Shown here: in pieces, positions 8,445 through 17,345 of the stretch
How positions within the stretch are numbered: the first letter of the stretch is position 1
How the letters are laid out: each line of letters begins with the position of its first letter
From: Candidatus Bathyarchaeia archaeon
Lineage (GTDB): Archaea > Thermoproteota > Bathyarchaeia > 40CM-2-53-6
NCBI GenBank assembly: GCA_049513715.1
Contig: JBEKVV010000003.1
Location: 160,001-224,000 of the forward strand
DNA: 64,000 nt
Reading direction: 5' to 3'
Position numbers and translations under genes: made by a program
Notes under the pieces: generated by a model
What the model was told of the DNA's origin: nothing
Databases searched by the model: none
The model's input: the letters and a program-made list of their open reading frames with translations, nothing else

Positions 8445-9608
8445 TTGGAAAGTCCGATACGTAAATTCAGCTATGGACGTGTGACCTTAAGGTACGGCGG
8501 TTCGCTTCCTCGACCGCAGATCATGTGGGACGGACTTGATTTGGTCAATGCGCTGCGGACACCCGTTCCTACCGATGAGCTAGTGCATGATGTGTGTGAA
8601 TTACTTTGTATTCTACTCAAGTCCGACAAGCACTATTGGCATGCCACATTGAACCGATTCTTCGAGGCATTCACACCCACCTGGAAGTCCCTAGTTAGAG
8701 AAGGCAAGATCAGTGACGCCGCTTCAATGTGGATTCACGTTTTGAGTTCTGTGCGGGCGTGGGAAAATCGCTCCGGTAATCTCATCCACAAAGGAACCCC
8801 CTATTACTTTCTCGGAGCGACATACCTTTACGGGTACGATTTCGATCGTGGTCTTCGATACATCTTTGACGCATTCGAGGAAGATAAAAGAGCAACTTCG
8901 GGCGATCCAACGTTGTACAAAGCGATGCCTGCATACAAGGTTGCATCGCTCATCGATCAACCTGACAACTATCTGTATCCAGAACTTGTCCTGCCTGCAC
9001 GAATTCGTATTGACGGATTTCTGAAAGAATATCGTTCTCGCTCAGGTTCCACCATGCAAATGGCAGATTTTGAGAGTAAGTTTCTGAGCAATTCAGTGTT
9101 CGAGATTCAAAAATTCTTCTTTGTATACTCATTGCTTGAAACAATCAAACATGAAGCGACGTGGGAACCCGGCTCCGTACGAAATGAATTCTCGGAAATG
9201 AGAAATCGAGATTTGCTATTCGATCTCTGCATAGTGGTTGACGAAATCCTGAGGGTCAGATTCCCCCCTGCAACATTCATTTCTGCAGGAGTCTTCAACT
9301 TGTGCAGGAGCAAAGGCTGGGTCACTTTGGATAGTAATTCTACTCAGCTCAATCAGAATTTGAACCCGAAGGTGGCTGAATTTCCTCCTACTCCGACACC
9401 AAGGCCAGATGTGGTTGTACCAACACTACTCGACAGGACAATGACCTATCGTGGAGCGCATCTTTCGCAGGAAATGTCGTGGATGCTACTTGCATGGCAC
9501 CTAAGGAACTATGCAGCACACGATCTCAGCCCTCAAGGTGTACTCGTTAAGAGGCATAATGAAATAACTCAAGCGCTGATGAATGCTCTGTTTACAGCAA
9601 TAGAGTGA
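8445..9608 (+). CDS. TPR-like helical protein with C-terminal HEPN-like RNase motif
   Basis: HKGTPYYFLGATYLYGYDFDRGL TPR-like repeat and C-terminal LRNYAAH (R-x4-H). Confidence 0.6.
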   Translation: MESPIRKFSYGRVTLRYGGSLPRPQIMWDGLDLVNALRTPVPTDELVHDVCELLCILLKSDKHYWHATLNRFFEAFTPTWKSLVREGKISDAASMWIHVLSSVRAWENRSGNLIHKGTPYYFLGATYLYGYDFDRGLRYIFDAFEEDKRATSGDPTLYKAMPAYKVASLIDQPDNYLYPELVLPARIRIDGFLKEYRSRSGSTMQMADFESKFLSNSVFEIQKFFFVYSLLETIKHEATWEPGSVRNEFSEMRNRDLLFDLCIVVDEILRVRFPPATFISAGVFNLCRSKGWVTLDSNSTQLNQNLNPKVAEFPPTPTPRPDVVVPTLLDRTMTYRGAHLSQEMSWMLLAWHLRNYAAHDLSPQGVLVKRHNEITQALMNALFTAIE

Positions 9609-9649
9609 ATTTCTCTTGGTAGAATAGCTTTGACGGAGGGTATCTCCTC

Positions 9650-10393
9650 TTGTCGCTGATGATACGCCGTCTAGTTTTTGGTATCCTTGTGGCACTAATC
9701 CTTTTATTTTTTGCTTGGTTGACCTATGCATTTTTGGCTGTAATTCAGACTAGCGCTGACCGCATTAACTTGGGAGTTTTTCTTGCCACTGCAGGCGCCT
9801 TGATTGCTTCCGTAGCGTTCAGTTTCTGGGACTCGTATCTGGAAAGACCAGAATTGAAAATCCTCTTCGACTCAGACGCTGATCATTATACACCTCAACT
9901 TACAATTTTCTCTCAAGAACAATCGACCGACGGCAAGATTACAATTAGTCAACAGGAAAACCGATTTCTGAGAGTGAGGATTCATAATGCTGGCTCTCGA
10001 ACTGCAAAGAGATGCTTCGGACAGCTTGAGCTGATTGAAAGATCAGAAGGAACTCACACTTTATCCAAAGTTGAGAAAACTCTCTATTGGGCTGAAGTCC
10101 CACAGTTTCCAAGCATTCCTCCGAAAGCGAAATTTCCGCTCAATGTTGCTTACTCACGAAAAGGACTAGTTATCCCATTTGAGGGCGGTTGCGATAAGAA
10201 TGTCAGAGCGTGGATTTTCACTAAGGAAGCATTCATGAACCCGAAAATTAGGATGCAGGACGCCATGTGCCTCGGTGAGTACAAAGTGAAAATAACAATC
10301 TTTTCGGACAACACGAAGCCGAAAGAGGAAAGGTTCGTTATACACGTACCCGAAAAATGGGATGCCCTGTCAATGACTCACGTAGATTGTTAG
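9650..10393 (+). CDS. Membrane-anchored hypothetical protein (2 TM plus beta-rich domain)
   Basis: Two N-terminal hydrophobic helices, then a beta-strand-rich domain (LRVRIHNAGSRTAKRC, GEYKVKITIFSDN). Confidence 0.7.
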   Translation: MSLMIRRLVFGILVALILLFFAWLTYAFLAVIQTSADRINLGVFLATAGALIASVAFSFWDSYLERPELKILFDSDADHYTPQLTIFSQEQSTDGKITISQQENRFLRVRIHNAGSRTAKRCFGQLELIERSEGTHTLSKVEKTLYWAEVPQFPSIPPKAKFPLNVAYSRKGLVIPFEGGCDKNVRAWIFTKEAFMNPKIRMQDAMCLGEYKVKITIFSDNTKPKEERFVIHVPEKWDALSMTHVDC

Positions 10394-10634
10394 TGTGAAG
10401 ATGTGAAAATCTCTTCTCTGCGACTGGAAAAACGAGAGCCGCAAGGTGCATTGAAAAGTGGAAATCGAAGAGCAGCAAGAAAGCGAATACGAGGCATCAA
10501 GGCGATATTTTGAAGCATAAACCGGTGTGGTTTTCGATTTGCGTTATGGCAGGGTTCATATTCTCTTTCGTTTGGCAGGCTTATGTGACAACAGATGCGA
10601 TAGTTAGACCATTGTGTCTACTGGGCGGGGTACA

Positions 10635-10784
10635 ATGAGTTATTCGGACGAGGTCGTAAACGACGTGTACGACAAGAACGGTGGGTATTGCTCTTACTGC
10701 CGCAGGAAAATTCATTTCCGAAATTACGGTGGAGGCGATGCTGTTGGTGGCTTCCCCACTACTTTACGACCGGTCGATCTTTAG
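10635..10784 (+). pseudogene. Truncated HNH-endonuclease-like ORF
   Basis: MSYSDEVVNDVYDKNGGYCSYCRRKIHFRNYG resembles the Zn-binding N-terminus of HNH nucleases and stops before any DH motif. Overlaps the stop of a 42-aa TM ORF (10510-10638). Confidence 0.5.
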
Positions 10785-10893
10785 GGTCTATACGATTCTT
10801 CGCTGGGTCGCTCATTTGTTGCGCTGAGTCTCCTCAGCATTCTCATGGAATACGTCGTTCGTGGCACAATCAGGCTGGTGTCGGGATAGGCTA

Positions 10894-13800
10894 TCAGGAC
10901 TTCCAATGTTCACGTATGTATTCCGCAGCTTCTTGCACGTTCAGTGGTTTGCATGTATTTCCCACTCTGATGTAGAATTCAGGTGTTTTTTGTTCGTTCC
11001 GACAGTAAACAGCGTGACCGCTGGGATCGACCTTTATTCCCAGAACGGTTTTTCCATTCAGTTCAGCCCATGACAGGTGAATGTTCATGCTGTCTTGAGC
11101 ATTCATCGGGCGCTGATTTCCAAATAAGCTCATGAGTTTCTGTTCGTATCCGTCCTTGTCAGGTCTCTTAGATAGACAAGGAAAGTCTTTCTCTAAACCG
11201 AGGATTTCACCGTTATCTGCGACTCCAATTATCAAGGTGCCTCCTCTGGAGTTCATAAATGCACTGAGGTCTTTTGCCACGGCAAACTCAAGTGATTGAT
11301 TGACCTTGTTGAGTTTGTAATCCCACATTAGCGAAGATTTGAATTCTGTAGATTCCCCTTCGCCTCTCTTGATTACGTCCTCAATTCGTGCCTCACGTGG
11401 TGTTCGCAGTATTGTTTGGGTTGTCCGGCGAACGATGACTCTGTCTCTTAGGCTTCTCATTGTTGGAATTAGTGCTTCGAATGAGCCGCTACCTTGCTCG
11501 TAAACCTTGTCGGTAATCATGAGGTACTCCCATTTGAGGGGTTGCTTGACTCCTTGGGGTAGTTCAAGGTTGTTTGCGCTCTTCGCCCATGTGTAAGCTG
11601 CTAGGGCTTTCGTGCCTACGTTTTCATTGTCGAGGTCTTTCTCTGCTTTCGTTTCGATAAGGTACATCGCTTCTTTCGTCTTCACGAGGAAGTCGATCTC
11701 GTAGTTCCTTAGTATGCTGAATTCGTCTCGATAGGGAATTTTGAGTGCATGCTTCTTGTCGAGCTTGGCATAGGCGATTACGTCAACCGAATTCTCTAGT
11801 GTGCGTGTCATGAAGTTTCTCTCGAAGCCTCCGCCTTTCGCTGCCACAGCCTGTTTCGGGTAGATGCATTTCCATGTGTCTACTGCTGTTTTCTCTCTAA
11901 TGTGAATTTGTGCGACCGAAGAGAGTGGTTGCCATTGACCGGTCTTTGTGTAGCGTATTTGTCCCATCAATTTGATTAGTCGATTCCGGACTTCCTTCAC
12001 AATGTGATCGAACACCAATGGATCGTTAAGCACCGGGTAGTTTTCTGCGAGGCTGAAATCAATGTCTTTACCAAACAGTTGGTAGGAAACGTATCTGTCT
12101 AAGACTTCAGTGATTTCGGCTAAATGCCCGGTCAGCAGTGCCGATTTTCCTTCCTGCGCAATAGTCTTAGTTGCGTTTGCCAAGAAATAATTGTAGTCAA
12201 AATACCGATTTTCCAGCTTCCACGTTTTCACATGTTTGCCTGTATCCATCTGCGTCTCCGTAACGAACAGCTTGCTTCTTGAACTACGGAAGGTCTCGAA
12301 GTCATCCAATAAGGGGAAGGGGGGAAGTGTCTCAATCCCGATCTCCTCAATGTCAGGGAACTTCCCCTGTTCAAATATCTGAATTGGCCAGTACAAGTCA
12401 AGTTCAGGAATTCTTGACGGAATCGCATCAACGGCGATTACAGAACCTGTTACTGACCCCGTAGTTCCGGTGCCGATGATATATCCCTGCTCTTTCAGAC
12501 GTTCGTAGAAGGCTCGGAACCTCGGATGTTCAACAATGAAGAGAAAATCGTATGATGAATTCGGTTGCCTGTTACCCTTTATTGCCTCTAGCGCTTCGAC
12601 CTTCTCCTGCCAAATTGCTTCATTCTCATATTTCGGAAACATGAGCCGTAGCCCTCTGCCAACGATTTGCTCCAGTAGCAGGTCAGCTTCTGCAGCACGC
12701 AGAACAACTATGACGCAGATGTTCTTCCTGTCGAAACCCTCTCGAAGCATGAGGACGGATACAACTACGTTTAGAGAGTCGTTGTTGTAGTCTATTTTAT
12801 TGAGCCTTAGACGTGCCTCCTCCAGCTCCTTGTCGCCAAGCCCTGTATGAATTCTCATAACCTTTGTTTGATCATAGGGTTTGTTTTCTGGAGTAAAGAG
12901 GGTCTCCATGTGACGTGCAACAAGGTTAGCTACCTCCGTTTCTTCGCAGAGGATTAGCATCACGGGTTTCTTCTCAATTTGTTTCTCATGGAACTCGGTC
13001 GCTATCTGTTCAAGCTTTGTTTTCCCAATCAGGAGTAGAGTCTTTTGACCTGGCGAGAGACCTATCAACTCCCCAACTCTCTTACCTGATTCGGGCGGTT
13101 TACGTGCCGCCTTCCATTCTTGCCCAGACAACATGCGTAGTTCGATTGTTTCGCCGCCAATCGGTTGTTTTTCCACGAGAAAGAGCTGTTTAACCAGCAT
13201 CTGGCGGCTCGCCAATTTCAGATCGTAGTCGTAAACTATGTGCGAGAAGTAGCGTTTCTGCGTGCCTGACCCGAAAAATGGCGTGGCGGAGTAGTCGATT
13301 TGCATGAATAGCTTGCGTTTCACACCGTATCGTTCTATCATTCGTTTATTGAGTAAAGTGATAAATCTGCGCCAAACAAGCTCTATGTCCCCTTTCCCCG
13401 TTACGGATGCCGAGTGGACATGATGCGCCTCATCGTTCATTATGACAATATCAGGGTGTTCTGTTAAGAAGTCGAGAAGAAATTCTCCCCTTGGTTGTTC
13501 TTCAATCTCTTCCCCCGTGATTTGTTCCCAAAGAGACTCCTTGTCTGTCTTCAGTTGAAACTGCTGCCAGTTCGTAATGAAAACAAAGGCACCGTCCGGA
13601 GATAATCGGTTGGCTCTCACGTCAATTGGTTCGAGTAGCTCGAAATTGAAGTCTGTTCTCCATTCGGGTGGTACAAACAGCCCTCGGTTGACATCCGCCT
13701 TCTGTATGTCTCGCAGACCACTAGTCGGATCAACCGAACCCTCGAAAGCATCGAAAATGCGATTCAGAACCTCATGTCCAGGAGTAACGATCATGAAACG

Positions 13801-14271
13801 GTTCGAGTACCAGTCTTCTGAAGTCCCACTCGCTGCCGGGGGTTTCTCGTTTCTTAGCACGTTGAAGTATTGCCAAACGACTAGTGCGATGAGCACCCAT
13901 GTCTTTCCAGTTCCAGTTGCCATCTTGAGACAGTCTTTGATGAATGGCGAGGCTTCAACTTCGTCCGAGAATGCTTTGCTCCAGTTCAGCGCATCTGGCG
14001 CCACCCGTTGATACAGCTCTTTCAACGTGCGAGCCTGAAGTATCTCATGACAGTAAATAATAGTCTCAATAGCACGACGTTGGCAAGCAAAGAATTTCTC
14101 AGACGCTTCTTCTGGTCTGTCAAACCAATAGTGAAGCAAGTTGTATGTTGTCTGTGTCACTCCATGCCATCCTTCGTCACTCCAAGCCTTCACTTCTCCG
14201 CTTTCACCGTCTTCTCCGTTAAGGCGAGCCGCCAACAGAAGCTGCTCGAAAAGGAGTACCTCCCGAGGCAT
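10894..14271 (-). CDS. res: Type III restriction enzyme Res subunit with C-terminal AlbA_2/Schlafen domain
   Basis: MATGTGKT, DEAHH, SATP, LREGFD and EQIVGRGLR helicase motifs; IDFLV...LIETK PD-(D/E)xK nuclease; then GESTEFKSS...SAFMNSRGGTLIIGVADNG. GAGGTGA RBS before ATG 14271. Confidence 0.9.
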   Translation of the reverse strand: MPREVLLFEQLLLAARLNGEDGESGEVKAWSDEGWHGVTQTTYNLLHYWFDRPEEASEKFFACQRRAIETIIYCHEILQARTLKELYQRVAPDALNWSKAFSDEVEASPFIKDCLKMATGTGKTWVLIALVVWQYFNVLRNEKPPAASGTSEDWYSNRFMIVTPGHEVLNRIFDAFEGSVDPTSGLRDIQKADVNRGLFVPPEWRTDFNFELLEPIDVRANRLSPDGAFVFITNWQQFQLKTDKESLWEQITGEEIEEQPRGEFLLDFLTEHPDIVIMNDEAHHVHSASVTGKGDIELVWRRFITLLNKRMIERYGVKRKLFMQIDYSATPFFGSGTQKRYFSHIVYDYDLKLASRQMLVKQLFLVEKQPIGGETIELRMLSGQEWKAARKPPESGKRVGELIGLSPGQKTLLLIGKTKLEQIATEFHEKQIEKKPVMLILCEETEVANLVARHMETLFTPENKPYDQTKVMRIHTGLGDKELEEARLRLNKIDYNNDSLNVVVSVLMLREGFDRKNICVIVVLRAAEADLLLEQIVGRGLRLMFPKYENEAIWQEKVEALEAIKGNRQPNSSYDFLFIVEHPRFRAFYERLKEQGYIIGTGTTGSVTGSVIAVDAIPSRIPELDLYWPIQIFEQGKFPDIEEIGIETLPPFPLLDDFETFRSSRSKLFVTETQMDTGKHVKTWKLENRYFDYNYFLANATKTIAQEGKSALLTGHLAEITEVLDRYVSYQLFGKDIDFSLAENYPVLNDPLVFDHIVKEVRNRLIKLMGQIRYTKTGQWQPLSSVAQIHIREKTAVDTWKCIYPKQAVAAKGGGFERNFMTRTLENSVDVIAYAKLDKKHALKIPYRDEFSILRNYEIDFLVKTKEAMYLIETKAEKDLDNENVGTKALAAYTWAKSANNLELPQGVKQPLKWEYLMITDKVYEQGSGSFEALIPTMRSLRDRVIVRRTTQTILRTPREARIEDVIKRGEGESTEFKSSLMWDYKLNKVNQSLEFAVAKDLSAFMNSRGGTLIIGVADNGEILGLEKDFPCLSKRPDKDGYEQKLMSLFGNQRPMNAQDSMNIHLSWAELNGKTVLGIKVDPSGHAVYCRNEQKTPEFYIRVGNTCKPLNVQEAAEYIREHWKS

Positions 14272-14276
14272 ATTAT

Positions 14277-16373
14277 TCACCTCAAGTCGGCTGAGCATGT
14301 CGCTGTGGCATCATTTCCGAAAATGTCAACAGCACGTATCGCAATTGTATATTTCTTGCCCGTGGATAAGTTATGCGCCGTACTTAGAGGGACTTCCTTG
14401 ATTGCCTTTCCAAACCCCCTGAATGCTTGCCAAGATGACTTGAACGTGAAGCCGTCATAATCCCAATCGATCGCCCAATAGTCCAAGAGAGCTGCGAAGT
14501 TCTTCTTCACAACTTCTTGAACTTCCTCTCTAGACTTCTCATCTTCGACTGGTAAATCGTATAGAATGTATCTTTCAATTCCGACGCTTACGGTTGCTTG
14601 TCCTTTCGAACGTTCTACTTTCGGTTTGGATAACTTTAGAAACGGCTTATCGTGGAAGGTCACTTTACCTGCTAAAGAGTCGATATCTTCTGTGCTACTA
14701 TGCGTTTTCAAATACTCGTAAACTTCTGGTGGTATTGTTCGGTTAGAAATCTCAACTCTCATCTTCCGCAGGATTGGGCGTAGGACGGTCGCAAGGATTT
14801 CCTCATAATTATATTCATAGTCCCAGCCTAGAATTACTAGGCGCTGATAACCTGTTCCGTCTAGGGTCTCCGCCAAGTGAGCAAGTTCCTCGGTCTTCTT
14901 TGCCGTTACCGCTCTGTCTGGGTATCCGACATAAACGAGTTCATTGACGCCATCATCAGCTTTCTTCGTTCCAAGTTCCGGAAAATCCTTACGAGGCATC
15001 GCGCCGTAGAGTTTCAATACAATATGCTGCATTTCAAAGATTCTGCCGCCCGAGAGATAGATCATGTGTCTTTGATAGTTGCCTATGTTCTCAAGCAGGA
15101 ACGGACGGGAGTCCAAAGTGACTAGTCTATTTCTTGAGATTTGAATTGCGGTCTTGGAGAAATCGCATCCGATCCATCGGCGTCCGAGTCGTTCTGCCAC
15201 TGCAGTGGTCGTTCCCGATCCAAGGAAGAAGTCCGCTACCAAGTCCCCGGGGTTTGAGGACGTGCTGATTATTCGTTCAAGCAACTTCTCGGGTTTCTGC
15301 GTATCAAAATCCAGTCTCTCAATGGCCATTGGGTTGACAATGGGTATGTCCGTCCAGATGTTTTGAATCATTTGCCCCTCATATTTATCCAGGTAAATCT
15401 TCCGATAGATGCGTCCACTGTTGGCTTGTGGCATCACTAGTTCATTGTTCTTGAACATCTCTTCCATTCTTTCTTTGGAGTACAACCATCCTTTGGGCGG
15501 AGGATGAACGCCATGGAATTCATAAATCAGATTACGCCTAAGCAGCGGGTTCACTAAGGGAGATTTTCTATATTTGCCTCTGCCATCTCCATCGTCGAAC
15601 ACGAATCTCTCCGCAATGTATTGCTGAGTATTCGGATCATCTTTTGAGTACAGAGGATTGAATACACGCTGATCTGACTTTGAATACAGAAATATCGCAT
15701 CGTTCGTTATGCCGAACCGATCGGTTTCCCAAGCTTGTGTTCCCTTTCGTTGCCAAACAATTTCATTGACGAAATTATCTCTCCCAAAAATCTCATCCAT
15801 GATAATTTTGACGTAATGCCCGACATGCCAATCAATGTGCAGATAGATGGAACCGTGCTGCGACAGAAGTTTCTTCATCAAATGCAATCTGGGATAAAGC
15901 ATGTCCAGATAAGAATCAATTCCACCCTCCCAGTAGTCCTTGTAAGCGAGCCGCTCGATGACCGATGGGGACATGGTCACTTCCTCGCCGTTCATTTTCA
16001 CAGTGTAGTAGTAGTTTTCTCCAGTCCAGAACGGCGGGTCGATGTAGATTAGGTCAATTTTCCCTTCATATCCTGATGCCAGCAACGCTTGCATGGTGAG
16101 CAAGTTGTCCCCCCAAATGAGCCTATTCATTTTCGTACGATTAATCTCAACCTTAGATATGTTAGCGAAAAAAGTCGAAATTCTTTGTTGGTCTCTGTTC
16201 GGGTTTGGCAGAACTATTTCGGCAGTCTGGAATTCTATGTCTTTAGGGTTAGGTGCCCGCTTAGGCTTGGTGTCCCAGACCAATCTTGCTGAATCTTTTT
16301 TTCTCTTCTCCGGGAGCTGTTCTAGGTTTATGCTGGCTGCCGTCAAATCACGTCCGCTTTCTTGAGTTTTCAT
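14277..16373 (-). CDS. mod: Type III R-M adenine methyltransferase (Mod, beta class)
   Basis: LIWGDNL and IYIDPPF (motif IV) precede DFFLGSGTT (motif I); TQKPEKLL. Directly upstream of res. Confidence 0.93.
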   Translation of the reverse strand: MKTQESGRDLTAASINLEQLPEKRKKDSARLVWDTKPKRAPNPKDIEFQTAEIVLPNPNRDQQRISTFFANISKVEINRTKMNRLIWGDNLLTMQALLASGYEGKIDLIYIDPPFWTGENYYYTVKMNGEEVTMSPSVIERLAYKDYWEGGIDSYLDMLYPRLHLMKKLLSQHGSIYLHIDWHVGHYVKIIMDEIFGRDNFVNEIVWQRKGTQAWETDRFGITNDAIFLYSKSDQRVFNPLYSKDDPNTQQYIAERFVFDDGDGRGKYRKSPLVNPLLRRNLIYEFHGVHPPPKGWLYSKERMEEMFKNNELVMPQANSGRIYRKIYLDKYEGQMIQNIWTDIPIVNPMAIERLDFDTQKPEKLLERIISTSSNPGDLVADFFLGSGTTTAVAERLGRRWIGCDFSKTAIQISRNRLVTLDSRPFLLENIGNYQRHMIYLSGGRIFEMQHIVLKLYGAMPRKDFPELGTKKADDGVNELVYVGYPDRAVTAKKTEELAHLAETLDGTGYQRLVILGWDYEYNYEEILATVLRPILRKMRVEISNRTIPPEVYEYLKTHSSTEDIDSLAGKVTFHDKPFLKLSKPKVERSKGQATVSVGIERYILYDLPVEDEKSREEVQEVVKKNFAALLDYWAIDWDYDGFTFKSSWQAFRGFGKAIKEVPLSTAHNLSTGKKYTIAIRAVDIFGNDATATCSADLR

Positions 16374-16618
16374 GCTGATTCATCAGGCAATTACATATCT
16401 GCGCAGGTTGGAGAATAGGGTTTGTGGTTCGATACAACGGGATGTATCTGAATTTCGAATAGCCCCGACATTTGTCCGATCGCCGCCAAAAAAGGCGGGG
16501 GCTGTAGAATCATACGCAGGCAACCTTTGTAGACAGCCTAGGATATTCAGAGCAGATTGCAAGGTCTCAAGTGAGCGCATGATGAAGAAAGAAGGCTTCC
16601 AAAGAGTAAGTGAGGAAA

Positions 16619-16861
16619 ATGTCGAGAAATCCCAATAGGGCAGCTCGTAAAGATTTTCTAGTTGAGAAGGAAAAAATCGAAAATTTGCAGGTTCAGGTGG
16701 CGAATATGCTTGAGTATGTGAGGATTGAAGTGAAAGCCGCAGAAGACGAGTACAACTTTAGTCCGGACAAGGGAGTTGCCAGATACATGAGAGCGCTTGG
16801 TAGACTTGAGGGAATTCAACAAGTCAACAAAATAATTGTCAAGTTTTTCGGTGATAAATGA
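16619..16861 (+). CDS. Small helical hypothetical protein
   Basis: GTGAGG RBS before ATG 16619; amphipathic helical pattern. Confidence 0.5.
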   Translation: MSRNPNRAARKDFLVEKEKIENLQVQVANMLEYVRIEVKAAEDEYNFSPDKGVARYMRALGRLEGIQQVNKIIVKFFGDK

Positions 16862-17019
16862 CCACAATCAACTAGGTTGTCCGTGGGGGCGGCATGTGTC
16901 GGAATGCGTAACTTCCAGTACATCTATGTAATTTGGAGTCTTTCGGAGTATTCACAAGTACATTTGAGTCAGCCAAGTACCAAAGTTTACTTGAGGATCA
17001 TTGGAGTAGTTTTGATCGT

Positions 17020-17340
17020 CAAACCGGGCGGACGGGCGGGGTTAGGGGAAGGAGTAGCGAAAGCGACCGAGCCGGGGAAGTCTAAGCGATTCACACGAAA
17101 GCGAAAAACGGTGTAAACGAAAGCAAAGGGGACGGGTCGAAAGTGCTTGCGTGTAAAGTAAAGACACCGTTGCTTAAAGTGAGGAAAGAGCGAGTCACGA
17201 CAATGAGAAATGGGGTAAAGTGAAAAAGGAAAATCAAGCCAGGAGGGGGCAAAACACACGAACCGAAAGCGAACGTAAAGAGAGGAAAAAAGCGGGGGGC
17301 GATAAAGCAACCGAGAGGGTAGTAGTGAATAGAAGAATGT
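17020..17340. other. Purine-skewed tract with repeated CGAAAG/GTAAAG motifs (candidate origin or structured RNA)
   Basis: CGAAAG at 17058, 17096, 17118, 17138 and 17264. Inverted repeat AACGGTGT (17107) / ACACCGTT (17164). Very few T on the + strand. Confidence 0.4.
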
Positions 17341-17345
17341 GACCC

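Noticed and set aside
16461..16503. GC hairpin AGCCCC...CCGCC-A6-GGCGG-GGGCT upstream of mod
   Set aside because: An isolated hairpin with no evidence distinguishing terminator, operator or chance.
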